From Phoronis australis (Eukaryota > Animalia > Phoronida), in contig NMRA01000584.1 of the NCBI GenBank assembly GCA_002633005.1, forward strand, positions 1-64,000: a stretch of DNA of 64,000 bases. Reading direction: 5' to 3'. Positions 22,821-34,666 of the stretch are shown piece by piece. The notes under the pieces were generated by a model. The model had not been told where the DNA came from. It did no database searches and saw only the letters and a list, made by a program, of their open reading frames with translations. Numbering within the stretch: position 1 is the first letter of the stretch; every line of letters begins with the position of its first letter. Position numbers and translations under genes: made by a program.

Positions 22821-25800
22821 TCACTGCTTGTCACCAGTAGGGGGCTCTTCTTTCTTCTCATTCTGAGCTTGCATTGCACGCACAAATGCCTCCACGTCTG
22901 AAATCAACATCCAACTTTGCATGAACACTACAGGAATGGGATTGGCGAGACTCTGACCTAATATTGATTTGAAAATAGCTACAAGCCTGCTTTGTGTTCA
23001 AATGTAAATTACCCGATTAAGACCACTTGCTACAATAAAATTGGTTTCGACTTAATCCTAAATGGGCTAGAAGTGATTTCTGGGCTTGCAAAAAACTGGC
23101 AGTTTGTTATTCCTAAAGAACAGGGGCAGCCCATGAAATGACCAACCATGACTATCCAAGTTGTGGGGCCAGGGGCCCTTTCCAAGAAACTTAATTTAAG
23201 TTAATATTTGACTCTAATCTAGATTAGTCTCAAATTCCAAACTTTGAAACTTCATATCTGGTAAGTTGGTCAAAATTAAGACAAAACTTAGTCAAAAACT
23301 TAAGATCTCTTTTTGAAACGAACAAATTTTTGTATAATATCTTAAAATTGACTGAAGTTCAAGATTTGTCTTAGCTCAGTCAGTTTCTTTAGAACGGGCC
23401 CCTGGCCTACAGCAACAACGAACAGTCATTTCTTTCCAAATCCAGGAGAAGCACTTGGTCAGGTTTGGATAGTTCCAACCTACACTGTGCCCCCTAAAGG
23501 CAATTTTATTACTCAAGTGCTCCCTTTTGGCATCTGCCTCTCTATCTGCCAAACCTCTTGAAGAGTCATCATGGTAAATGAGTTTTGTAATAAGGTGAGC
23601 ATGACTAGCCCGTATTATTACATAGATCTGGCTACCGCAGTAGCCCCTTGTGGTAATTTTAGTTCTCTGCACCAATCTCGATACCTACCACAAAATCTCA
23701 CCAATTTAGGACACAATATAGTCTATGGCTGAACTATTTTTTTACGTTTTCACATAAGACCTATAGCACCAAATTAACATTTTACCAAGTTTTGTACAAT
23801 ATTTGCCATCACAAAACTGGCAATTACAACGATGTAAGATTTTGAAAAATGAGAAAACGGCAATTATTTTTGTCTGAAATTGACGATATTTTATTGTACC
23901 AGGATTGCATTTGCTAATTTTCGAGTGACTAGTACTGCAGACTACACTCAATTTTGAGTTCACTAGTGTATCTCACTTATTGAAAGAATGAGCACCCAAA
24001 ACATCTTGGTCACTTCGAGATGCACAAGGTGGGCTCATATCAATGTTGCTCCTGCATTTAGAATGGGGCCCTAGCTCAGACTATGTAAACGTTCAAGACA
24101 ACCCCATCTGAGGTGACTAAAATGTCCCAAGGTGTGGCGGTCAATGATAATCAAAAGTACACCTTACCTCCTTGAGCTGCTGCATTGGCCACGTCCTCGC
24201 CCAATCCAAACTGTGCCATCAAGGGTCCGAGTTGACCAGAGGCCAGTGCTGCACTGAATGAGCTCATAGCCTGGAAACATACAGGCTCAATTAAAGCAAA
24301 CACACGTATCAAGAAAAAAAATTAGTAGAAAGAAAAGTACACATACATTTTTGTCAACGATATACAAATCATTAATATTGCATTTATTTTTATTCTACAT
24401 AATTTCACCTTTTGTGTTTAGCTCAATCAAATTATGTTTTTTAAACATGCCATGAGAAGACACTCTTGCGCAGGTTCAATGATTTGTAGACTATATTTCC
24501 TTACTATGCAAGTCAAATTCTAACAAGTGACCAGCTCTCAGCAACTCAAAACAGATAACAAATTTCACCACACATAACTTCATTCGTTACTGCAAATGTC
24601 ATGTAGAAGCATCAAAGTGACTTAGGTCAGATAAAATGCACATCACTGAGCACTAATGCAAGTGGTAGGACATCAGTTGAACAAGTGTCAGTAGACAGAC
24701 GCACCATTATCAACACTTGATAAGCTATATGTTGCAGGATCAAGAACCAACACTAAAAGAGCACCCTTATGCTACAATATTATATCTGTATAGAGAATGC
24801 TTATAGTACAATATATTTGTGTGCTACCTGCTGAAACTGGGGTGATGATATGGTGTTCCTCAACTCCTGCTCGTTGCGGGGCAGTGACTCGCCCTCGGGT
24901 AGATGACTCATCAACTGCTGCTGTATGTCAGGGTTAGCCAATATGGGGATCATTATATCAGGACTGAGCGCCTGTGACAGGTCAATGGCTGAAATAGTTC
25001 ATACAATAGCAGTTGAACAACGACTACAATAACATTACATAATAGTCAAACTTGAGTTGAAGGCAAACAAAAACAACACAACAATACCCATACCTGAACA
25101 ATATCCCCCTCTGAACAATATCACCATCTGAACAATATCTCCCTCTGAACAATATCCCTCTGTGAACAATATTCCTGAGCAGACTGTTAAGCAGAGATCA
25201 AAGTGCTTTAACAGTAATTATAATGCCGTTTGATGTAGGTTGCAAAGCAACCGCTTATTAAATGGGATAATTCACATAATGTTGCTGACAGAATATGAAA
25301 AGAACTAACACTTATATATCATTCTTGTGACAAGAGCTCATACAATGGTCTTGCTCTACTCTAGATAACTAGGGGTCAAACGTGTAGACATGAACTGAAG
25401 ATAGGGTTAAACTCACCTTCAGATTGGCTGCCAGGAACTGCAAAAGAACAAATTTCAATTACAAGTGAGCTTAAACAACATAATTGTAGCACATTAAATT
25501 CTAGTAAATCACTAAGCAGCACGTATTAGAATTTGCATATTCCTCCAGCAATAACATGCACTAACATGTTAATAACACAACTTGTCAAACTTCATTTATG
25601 AATTGATAACACCCAAAGCATCAACTGCTAAGAATCAGGAAAGGGTAACAGGGTAATATTTCAAGAAAATGTTTCACCTGAATAACTTGTACTTGTGAAT
25701 TATGCACAATAATTATACTTATACTGCAACTTGTAACACATTTTGGGTGTTAATATTACTACTTGTAACCTACCATTCATGTTAGACAGAATGCTCTGAA

Positions 25801-28800
25801 GGTCACTCAGCTGAATAGCTTGGTTGGGGGTAGGATTGACAGGCTGAGTGGGTGTGGTCACCGACTGCTGGGAGGAAGCCCCTGTGGGCAGGACAGCAGC
25901 TGTAGCTGGTCTTGGGGGCTGGGGCGTGGCCGAGTCACTGGCACGTGGGCCAGGAGATGACTGCACCCTCAGTGGTCTATAGCAAAGTAAAGGGATTGTT
26001 AGTGAATGAGGTGATAACCATCATGCATATATCTACGATCCACATTCAGTGTCTATTTAGATATAACACAATGTAACATTCAGCACTATTTAGATAATAC
26101 CAACAGATGCACGATATATCCATGTTCCATGTACAGTCCTTGAGTAACAGTCACTGCCTGACCAATTAGATAATACCAATAGGTAAACCACTAATTCAAT
26201 TTTCTGCAGAGGTAAAAAAGGCATTATAGGATTGAATTAGTTTTCTATACAGTCGATAAAATATTTTTAAGTCGAATTGAGACTGATGAAGAACAATTTA
26301 TTGCACCCCTCTCAGGTTGTCAATTTTTCTAGGTCATCACTGCAACTTCTTGCAAAAGTAGCACTTTACTGGCAGTAAATAATGGTAACTAATATGGCAG
26401 CAGTGAGACAAATGCCCTGCCAACACACAGCATTGTGGGCACATACCACATAACCATAGAGGGCAGTGTGGCATTTCAGGACATGACTATTCAACCATAT
26501 GACTTAATCTAAAAATGACTGCATAACAATCAGGCAAAATGAAATATTCTAGGAACATGAGAGGTCATGAAAATAGAATTCTTCCATGAAATTTCAACAT
26601 TATTTTCAAACCCATTTCAGAAAATATACTTAGCAAAAATGCAAACAAAGGTATATACGATACAATTTGAAAATCTCCTTAATGCAACTAGACTGGAGAA
26701 CATCTTCCTTTTCTCATTATATGAAAAAACTGTCAAGACCATTTGTGAAATACTACTTCTTCAGTGCCTGAAGTGTGCAAAACCTCATACCGTTTTCCAT
26801 GTGCAAGGTTATAGACCTTATGCAAGGTTATGCAATAAGAGAAACTCAAAAGTGGATACTGCCAAAGGAATATCAACTCTGTGTGTGTGTACTTACGGAT
26901 TCGAGTCTGTAGACTGCGCACTAGCTGGTCGACCAGCCATCATGGAAGAGAGACCACCATAACCACCCATGCCACCTATTGGTAAAACCACAATTGAGTC
27001 AGTAATGTCTATAACAATCTAATACGCTTGATGGATAATTCAGGCAGACTTTCCAATCACATTTCATTTCAAAGGACTATTTCAGCTGTTACCTCGCGAG
27101 ATTACAAAAAGATGATGGTGTAATACATTCTCTCAAATGAGCCAAGACCTCAAGGGCAGCTCCTCTACGCATAACATTTGAAGGAGACTCTTAACAACTT
27201 CATGGACATGTCGCTCTCAGGAAGGGCTTGTAAATTTCCAGACCCATCTATTAACCTACATTTTTTTCTTCGAGGTGATAACCATGTGTTTTCCGTAAAA
27301 AGCCATGCTCAGCAAGTTAAACTGGGTGGTTCGACTAGTTTCCTGAATCATTTAAAGGTCTCCTTATTCCAAAGTAGACTAAATAACAGAAAAGAAATAA
27401 AGATTGATAAAACTGCAATATCATGATCTCATGGGGCTAGTTGCTGAAATCATTCCCAGACAAAAGATACTGATAATCCTAAAATTCATCGCACAAAACA
27501 AATGTAATGGACGAACACAAATGTTGATGTGTTCACCATCGTACAGGTGTCAATTACAGAGACAATTGGTCCTGTGCAGACTTAAGCTCACATCTTCTGC
27601 CAGGGAACGATCACATAAATTGGGAGTTTTTATCCATAGAATGCACTGTTTGTCAGCTGTCGTCTTGCTCTCAAATGTTCAATTTCTCAAATTATAATGT
27701 TTGAATATTAAACATCCAGAATTTATCCTTGATAAGATTCCTTGGGTTTTAGATCTAGGGAGGATATGGGCTTAAGGCTACTACTTGTGGTCCACTGAAC
27801 ACTCCACTAAGTGACGAGTGGCACTCCTAACACTTTGTTCACCAGGCATGGTCCTGAAATGTTCAAGTGACAAGTTGAGTACACCTGTTGTCACCAGCCA
27901 CCAATATTTCAACGTGCCTTGTAGTCTTACATTCCTCTCCTCGAGTGTCCATTGATAGGAGCAACTGTCAAGCATAGCAAATGCTTCCGTCCACAACAGC
28001 TTAAAACTATAGGTCCTGTCCACAGTCACCAATATTTGCTTGTCTGATACCCTCACCTTCCACTCCAGGGGAGTATCCAGTGACTTCCAAGAGCAAGCAT
28101 CACTGCATACTATAGCTTGTGTCCACAGCCATGACCGTTTTCACTAGCATGATAATCTCACTTTCTACTCCAGTAGGAGTATCCAGTAAATTTAAACAGC
28201 AAGTGTCCACAGCACAAACTGTCTCCACTCACTGTATACAACAGCTTGTGGCCACAGCTATGACTGTTTTCACTAGCCTGATAATCTCACTTTCTACTCC
28301 AGTAGGAGTATCCAGTGAATTTAAACAGCAAGTGTCCACAACACAAACTGTCTCCACTCACTGTATACAACAGCTTGTGGCCACAGCTATGACTGTTTCC
28401 ACTAGTCTCGTAATCTCACTTTCTACTCCAGTAGGAGTATCCAGTGATTTCATACAGCAAGTATCCACAGAACAAGCAGTCTCCACTCACTGTATACAAC
28501 AGCTTGTGTCCACAGCCACGGCTGCTTTCACTCGCCTGGTAATGCCACCATCCACTCCAGAGGATAATACGGTGGTTTCATAAATCAAGATTCCACAGCA
28601 AACGCTGCTTCCAACTTGCTTCAGAGGATTTAAGGTGGATGTTTGCACAACAGGGAAGTCCACATTTATCTAGTTTTGATACTGGTTATCTAACTGATCG
28701 ATCCAGAGTTCCAACTATAGTGTCCAAAAGTTCCCACTGGTCTAGTAATGTCATATTCCACTCATTCAAATAGGAGAGAATTCTAATCAGTCATTTTCAG

Positions 28801-31800
28801 GCCAAACATCTATAGTTAAAGCTTCCTCCAATCAATGGCAGGATTCTTTGACATTATGCCAACCATAGTGGTCACATTTGCTATCTTCATCCATTTTTCC
28901 AAATGCTATGTTCCCCACATCCCCATTTTCAGCACCCGAGGTTGACGCTTATGCCAAGACTTGGGTTGTAGACCGAGTCCCAATCCTTTCACCAGACCTC
29001 TACTGGGTCTTGAACAGCACTCGCCCAGCAAAACCACACCAGGGTCGGAATTGCAATCTAGTAAGCGCCTGCCATGCAGGTTCCTCAAAAGCCAAGACAA
29101 TAGTGAATCCTTTGAAAGGGAACTTTGCAGTTGGCTTATGGTCTGTCACCGAAACTAAATGAACTTTAGACATGTCCAGATCTTCATTACACTCATTCAG
29201 AACGAGCATGAATTCCTCTTGGCTGGAGGCAACTTCCTCTGATACATGACAAAACGCTTTGTAAGCAGGCCCAATCACGTGGTATCCCGACCTATTGGAA
29301 TTGGGCTCATCAAGGGTTAACCTTCGACACTCTACCTCCACCCATTCAAGGGTAGCAGAGTCATCACAGGAAATAACCAGCATGCCATCATCCAGTCCCG
29401 CTGATCTAACATGCAGTGGGACACGCGATCTGCTGTTTTGGACAAAGGATTTTTGTAAACGGTGCTTCAGGCAATGGACTTCCTCTTCACCAAGCGGTAG
29501 CTCTCCAGCTTTAGCAGCCACAAAAACATTGAGGTCTTTTTTAACGATACCAGATTTGGAGATATCACCCACCCTGGCCACTTTGGAAGGTGGCATAGAG
29601 ATGCCTGGAGTTGAGGTTTCTAACGTAGGGCGCTTCACACCCTGATGGCTCTCAGTCTCCAGCTGTTTCATTTTCTTTGCTGCCTTTTGACGTTTGCGCT
29701 TAGCCCTTTTCTTTGCTGTTGCAGCAGAGATTGGATTGGAGCTGTCGCTTATCAAAGATGAAGCTGTGTTGTCTCCATTCACATCCTGAAGGCTCTCAGC
29801 CTCCAGCTGTTTCATTTTCTTTGCTGCCCTTTGACGTTTGCGCTTAGCCCTTTGACGTTTGCGCTTAGCCCTTTTCTTTGCTGTTGCTGCAGAGATTGGG
29901 TTGGAGCTGTCGGTCATCACAGTCAAAGCTGTGCTGTCTCCCTTCACTCCCATGGAAGTGTCTGGAGCATACGTACCTAGTAACTGCATCAGCTGCTGTT
30001 GACTCATGTTTCCTAGAATGCTCTGCAGGTCAGACTCGCCCAACCCAGCCAGTTCTGGTGGCAGGTTACTTAGACCTCCGGATCCTGCACCCGCTCCACG
30101 AGACGAGCCTGGGGTGGGAGGGTTGTTCAATAGGTCGTTCACCTTACGGCATAGCTCTTCATCTTTATCCGACTTAGGCTCCTAAAACATGAGAGATTAA
30201 GAATATAGTAAAAATAAGTAAAACTATTTCAATTATTTGTGCTGTTAAGGAGAGAAAAAAATCCTGTGTTTCAAACATGGCTCCAGATAAAATACATGGC
30301 TCATGCAGCGGTATGTTTGAATACACAAGGGGATAACTAGGCCATACATAACACTGACAAGCAAAGAACCAAGCTTGGGATTCACTTTTTATATTAAAGC
30401 TGAATAATAACAATAATAACAAACCTGCATCCAGAAGATAAACTTCCTGTTCGATGACTTGAACTTAAGGACAAACACTCGTCCTGTAGTACACTGTGGG
30501 ACATGCTTGTACTCTGTGTCATCTGGGAATATGATCAGGTCCTGAAAATGTATGTACATGTATATCAACATATTTGGGGGTGAATGTGTGCATGTAAACT
30601 GTATATAAACTTTAGAAGAGTTAGTGGGAATGTGTACATGAATATAACTTTAGAAGAGTTATTGGGAATGTGTACATGTATATAACTTTAAAAGAGTTTG
30701 TGGGAATGTGTACATGTATAAAACTTTAGAAGAGTTATTGGGAATGTGTTCATGTATATAATTTTAAAAGAGTTAGTGAGAATGTGTACATGAATATAAC
30801 TTTAGAAGAGTTATTGGGAATGTGTACATGTATATAACTTTAGAAGAGTTATTGGGAATGTGTACATGTATAAACTTTAGAAAGGTTATTGGGAATGTGT
30901 ACATGTATAAAATTTTAAAGAGTTTGTGGGAATGTCTACATGAATATAACTTTAGAAAGGTTATTGGGAATGTGTACATGTATATAACTTTGGGAATGTG
31001 TACATGTATATAATTTTAAAGAGTTTGTGGGAATGTGTACATGTATATAACTTTAGAAAGGTTATTGGGAATGTGTACATGTATATAATTTTAAAGAGTT
31101 TGTGGGAATGTGTACATGAATATAACTTTAGAAGAGGTAGTGGGAATATTTACATGTATATAGAAGTGTTAGTGGGAATGTGTCACCAACTCAGGTTAGT
31201 ATCATAATCATCTCAGGTATTACCAAACGTTAATGTTTTACTGACGACATAGCTGTGATTTCATTGTCTCCCACATATTTTACTTCAACTCGCCATTTCC
31301 CAAACACTAATTCAGTTACGTAACTGCAATCAAATCAACAAATATGGGCCATGACAAACTTGGGTCAACCTAGTTGATTTTTCAGAACAAAGAACATTTG
31401 TGAAAAGAAATAAATATAGTGTTCAATATTCGTCTTTTAAAACTTTCAAAGCACACCATAAGCGATAATGTAAAATACCATTACAACTGCTCTGACGGTG
31501 AATTGCACTCACATTCAGCCATCATGATGAAAGTGTCGGGTCACTTTGTCGAATTATTTTTGGCATTTACTCAAGAAAAAGAGGTAAGAGTAGCAGTTCT
31601 CAAAACAGTTGTTAAGACTGACATTCTTGTGAGAACTTCTACAGCCACACTTGACCTCGACTAAAACCGAAAAGTTACTACTATAAGAGACCTTTCCCCC
31701 AAATAGGATGTTATTTGTCATGTGAACCTTGTTCACTGCAATGAATCAAATAAAATTGAATACTTTCTTGAAGTGCTTTTCTATAAGTTTCGAGCACTAG

Positions 31801-32882
31801 CAGTGCAGTGGCTTTGTGATTGGCTCACTCTCGAGGTCATGAAGGTCAACTTCAATGTGACTAGAAATTTATATAATGCTATAGACAGGAACGTGGCAGT
31901 AGTCAAGGTGAAATAGCCTGAAAATATACAAGATTTCGGACTTAGAGTGTATTTTTCACCTTTTTTCTACAAGCAATAATTCACCATATTTCGGTTGTTA
32001 GATCCAGTGACGCAGGCCTCCCCACCAGAAACAACCACCCACCGGGTCCTAATACCTTGACTTGATTCTCGCGATGGTTTCTGGGTGCATCAGTGAGTTT
32101 TGTAGAATGCCTACATTAGTTGCATTTTAATGCTTTATGGCTTAGTTCCACCTTATAAGCAAACCTTCAGACTAGTGTCCCTTCACACTAATGAGCTTCT
32201 CCCCTATAGATATGCGCAGTGATGCAATCAAAACAGAAATGGCTCAGTTCACGACTTCGTTGCTGGAAGTCAAAACATTTTTTCGGAATAGTTATTCCAA
32301 AAAATGTTGAATTGAATGTGAAAGTATTTGTTTGAGATGGGAGTCAAGAATATAATGACTTCAACTGCCTCTAAAGGTGTCATCTACATTCAAAATATAC
32401 TTACAGTAAAGACAAGTGGCGCTTAGCAATAATTAAGCACGTTGAGGCTAAGCCTTTGTTACGGATACTTTGCAGAAAATCTTCCGGCGTACAGGCTGCT
32501 GTCGCCTACTAGATTAATCCGCTTTACTGTTTAATAAACTAATTCCAAGATTGTTCAAAAGTACACATTCAACTTATCACCTATCAATGGAAAATTTTGA
32601 GAATAACATCAGACACGTCACAAGGGAAATTAAATATCAGTAAATTTATGAATTGGATCGTCAATTTTGATGACTCACGTCCTCGACGGATGTCTTGTTC
32701 CGTTCTTTCCAACAGAAATGCATCAAGGAATCGTCAGACTGGTAAATGTACATCAGTCCTTTGCGCTTGTCAGGATGACACATTTTCCCTTTAAGATACA
32801 TTTTCCCAGCTTTGCACTCAAGCAGGTTTTTGCTTTGACTTCTTCCCCCAACATTTGAACCGAAAAGTGCTCCCGACGCCAT
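22821..32882 (-). CDS. ADRM1: Proteasomal ubiquitin receptor ADRM1/Rpn13 (Pru domain plus DEUBAD/UCH37-binding domain)
   Basis: Phase-consistent exons: 32679-32882 ([26 protein letters not shown]), 30425-30541 ([24 protein letters not shown]), 29977-30181 ([29 protein letters not shown]), 26897-26975, 25774-25976 ([13 protein letters not shown]), 25417-25437, 24828-24988 ([20 protein letters not shown]), 24168-24270 ([18 protein letters not shown]), 22821-22897 ([10 protein letters not shown]..stop). Confidence 0.96.
25093..25175. repeat. 17-bp minisatellite (CTGAACAATATCCCCCT-like, ~5 copies)
   Basis: Direct tandem copies are visible in the ADRM1 intron. Confidence 0.75.
28110..28570. repeat. 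129-bp tandem repeat (~3.5 copies plus a diverged copy upstream) in ADRM1 intron 3
   Basis: ctttctactccagtaggagtatccagt recurs at 28161, 28290 and 28419 (period 129 = 43 codons). Confidence 0.85.
29000..29976 (-). CDS. Intact intronic ORF in frame with ADRM1 exon 3: basic repeats plus a DUF4780-like (R1/LOA non-LTR ORF1-like) domain; candidate alternative terminal exon, or a stand-alone 317-aa ORF from ATG 29953
   Basis: No stop between the exon-3 donor (G|GTACGT at 29977/29976) and 29000. Contains a duplicated [29 protein letters not shown], then [38 protein letters not shown] and [33 protein letters not shown], which resemble the DUF4780 pattern as I remember it. Confidence 0.6.
30600..31185. 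repeat. 38-bp minisatellite (TGGGAATGTGTACATGTATATAACTTTAGAAGAGTTAT, ~15 copies) in ADRM1 intron 1
   Basis: gggaatg recurs at a ~38-bp period (30626, 30664, 30702, 30740...), head to tail with no unique spacers. Confidence 0.9.
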
Positions 32883-33755
32883 TTTTAATGATACACAACT
32901 GCTGCTACCTATTGACAGAACTTTTAAACTACAACCTTATTTGACGGTGGCCAGTGGCATCTATTGATCTTCACGTGAACAAAATGAGTGAAGCTTCCTT
33001 CACCGTGACATTGTCCTATGAGAGGGCCAGGGGGGTAAAGCATGGAGTAAAACAATGAAAAACATTACGTCGACAGGAGATTCCTGAAAAGTTTCTTAAG
33101 AACAGCTAAAACCCAGGAACCACCTCACAACGAATACTAGAGTACAAGACTGAACATTTGCAAAAACTAGAAAAGTACCGTGACTAACAAGACGTACCAT
33201 CAAGTTGTGTATATATCTATGCGACGCGCTCTCCCATTCAATCTTCAATGACAAATCTAGTTTTCATGATTCACAATTTCTAAAGTGGGCGCGAAAGAAT
33301 AGCCCTGAGCAGACAGCGGCTACTATCACTGACACCTATTTCTGTTTCCTCATACTCAGTTAAACAAAAGAAGCCAGCCATTAAAATTCAGGTGCCCGGC
33401 GGTTGGAAATTGCGCGCTTATGAGACCCGGAGTCGGGCTTCGGCATACCGACATTCAAAATTATCGGGTTTTTATTGGTCTACGATAAATTCATCCGCAC
33501 TATACGAAATATGCTCATCTTCAACAAGTTCAGGCCAGTTGGTTATGTCAATGTACTGAGTAGGCAGGCATCCTCAAGTTCATGTATCATGAAAATATGA
33601 GTTCAGTGAAAGCACCAGTTAGATGATTACCCATTCACGTCAACACATAGGGCCGGACTAAGGGAAAGTTCACCGCAATGAGGCCTTAGTACCCCACGAT
33701 AGACAACATTTAAAGTTAGTGGGAATGGGCCGGGGGTCGAGGATTGCTGTTACTT

Positions 33756-34666
33756 CATAGGCGGATTTAGGGGGGGGGGGGNNNNNNNNNNNNNNNNNNN
33801 NNNNNNNNNNNNNNNNNNNNNNNNNNNNNNNNNNNNNNNNNNNNNNNNNNNNNNNNNNNNNNNNNNNNNNNNNNNNNNNNNNNNNNNNNNNNNNNNNNNN
33901 NNNNNNNNNNNNNNNNNNNNNNNNNNNNNNNNNNNNNNNNNNNNNNNNNNNNNNNNNNNNNNNNNNNNNNNNNNNNNNNNNNNNNNNNNNNNNNNNNNNN
34001 NNNNNNNNNNNNNNNNNNNNNNNNNNNNNNNNNNNNNNNNNNNNNNNNNNNNNNNNNNNNNNNNNNNNNNNNNNNNNNNNNNNNNNNNNNNNNNNNNNNN
34101 NNNNNNNNNNNNNNNNNNNNNNNNNNNNNNNNNNNNNNNNNNNNNNNNNNNNNNNNNNNNNNNNNNNNNNNNNNNNNNNNNNNNNNNNNNNNNNNNNNNN
34201 NNNNNNNNNNNNNNNNNNNNNNNNNNNNNNNNNNNNNNNNNNNNNNNNNNNNNNNNNNNNNNNNNNNNNNNNNNNNNNNNNNNNNNNNNNNNNNNNNNNN
34301 NNNNNNNNNNNNNNNNNNNNNNNNNNNNNNNNNNNNNNNNNNNNNNNNNNNNNNNNNNNNNNNNNNNNNNNNNNNNNNNNNNNNNNNNNNNNNNNNNNNN
34401 NNNNNNNNNNNNNNNNNNNNNNNNNNNNNNNNNNNNNNNNNNNNNNNNNNNNNNNNNNNNNNNNNNNNNNNNNNNNNNNNNNNNNNNNNNNNNNNNNNNN
34501 NNNNNNNNNNNNNNNNNNNNNNNNNNNNNNNNNNNNNNNNNNNNNNNNNNNNCGACCTCCCCCCATTCGATGCTATGCACATCTACAATTGTGGTTCACT
34601 TTACGCAAATGCTTGCAGCCGGACAAAATGTTGGCCCCCCCTTGTGATATCCTAGATCCGCCACTG
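33756..34666. mobile_element. MITE with CAGTGGCGGATCTAG-type TIRs and poly-G/poly-C tracts, interior lost in a 771-N gap
   Basis: Left end cataggcggatttaggggg, right end ctagatccgccactg. Related ends occur at about 54340 and 61777-62000. Confidence 0.55.

Noticed and set aside
28110-28570. Recurrent in-frame TGA after Cys-Cys on the minus strand, suggesting a multi-selenocysteine protein
   Set aside because: The TGA recurs simply because the unit is tandemly repeated; I identified no SECIS, start context or homology.
29295-29645. 116-aa plus-strand ORF opposite the intronic ORF
   Set aside because: It is an antisense shadow of the minus-strand ORF with no independent features.
30600-31185. 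38-bp repeats of CRISPR-like length
   Set aside because: The units are head to tail without unique spacers, in a eukaryotic intron, with no cas genes.
33670-34582. Three long ORFs of 271-298 aa
   Set aside because: They are translations of the N gap.
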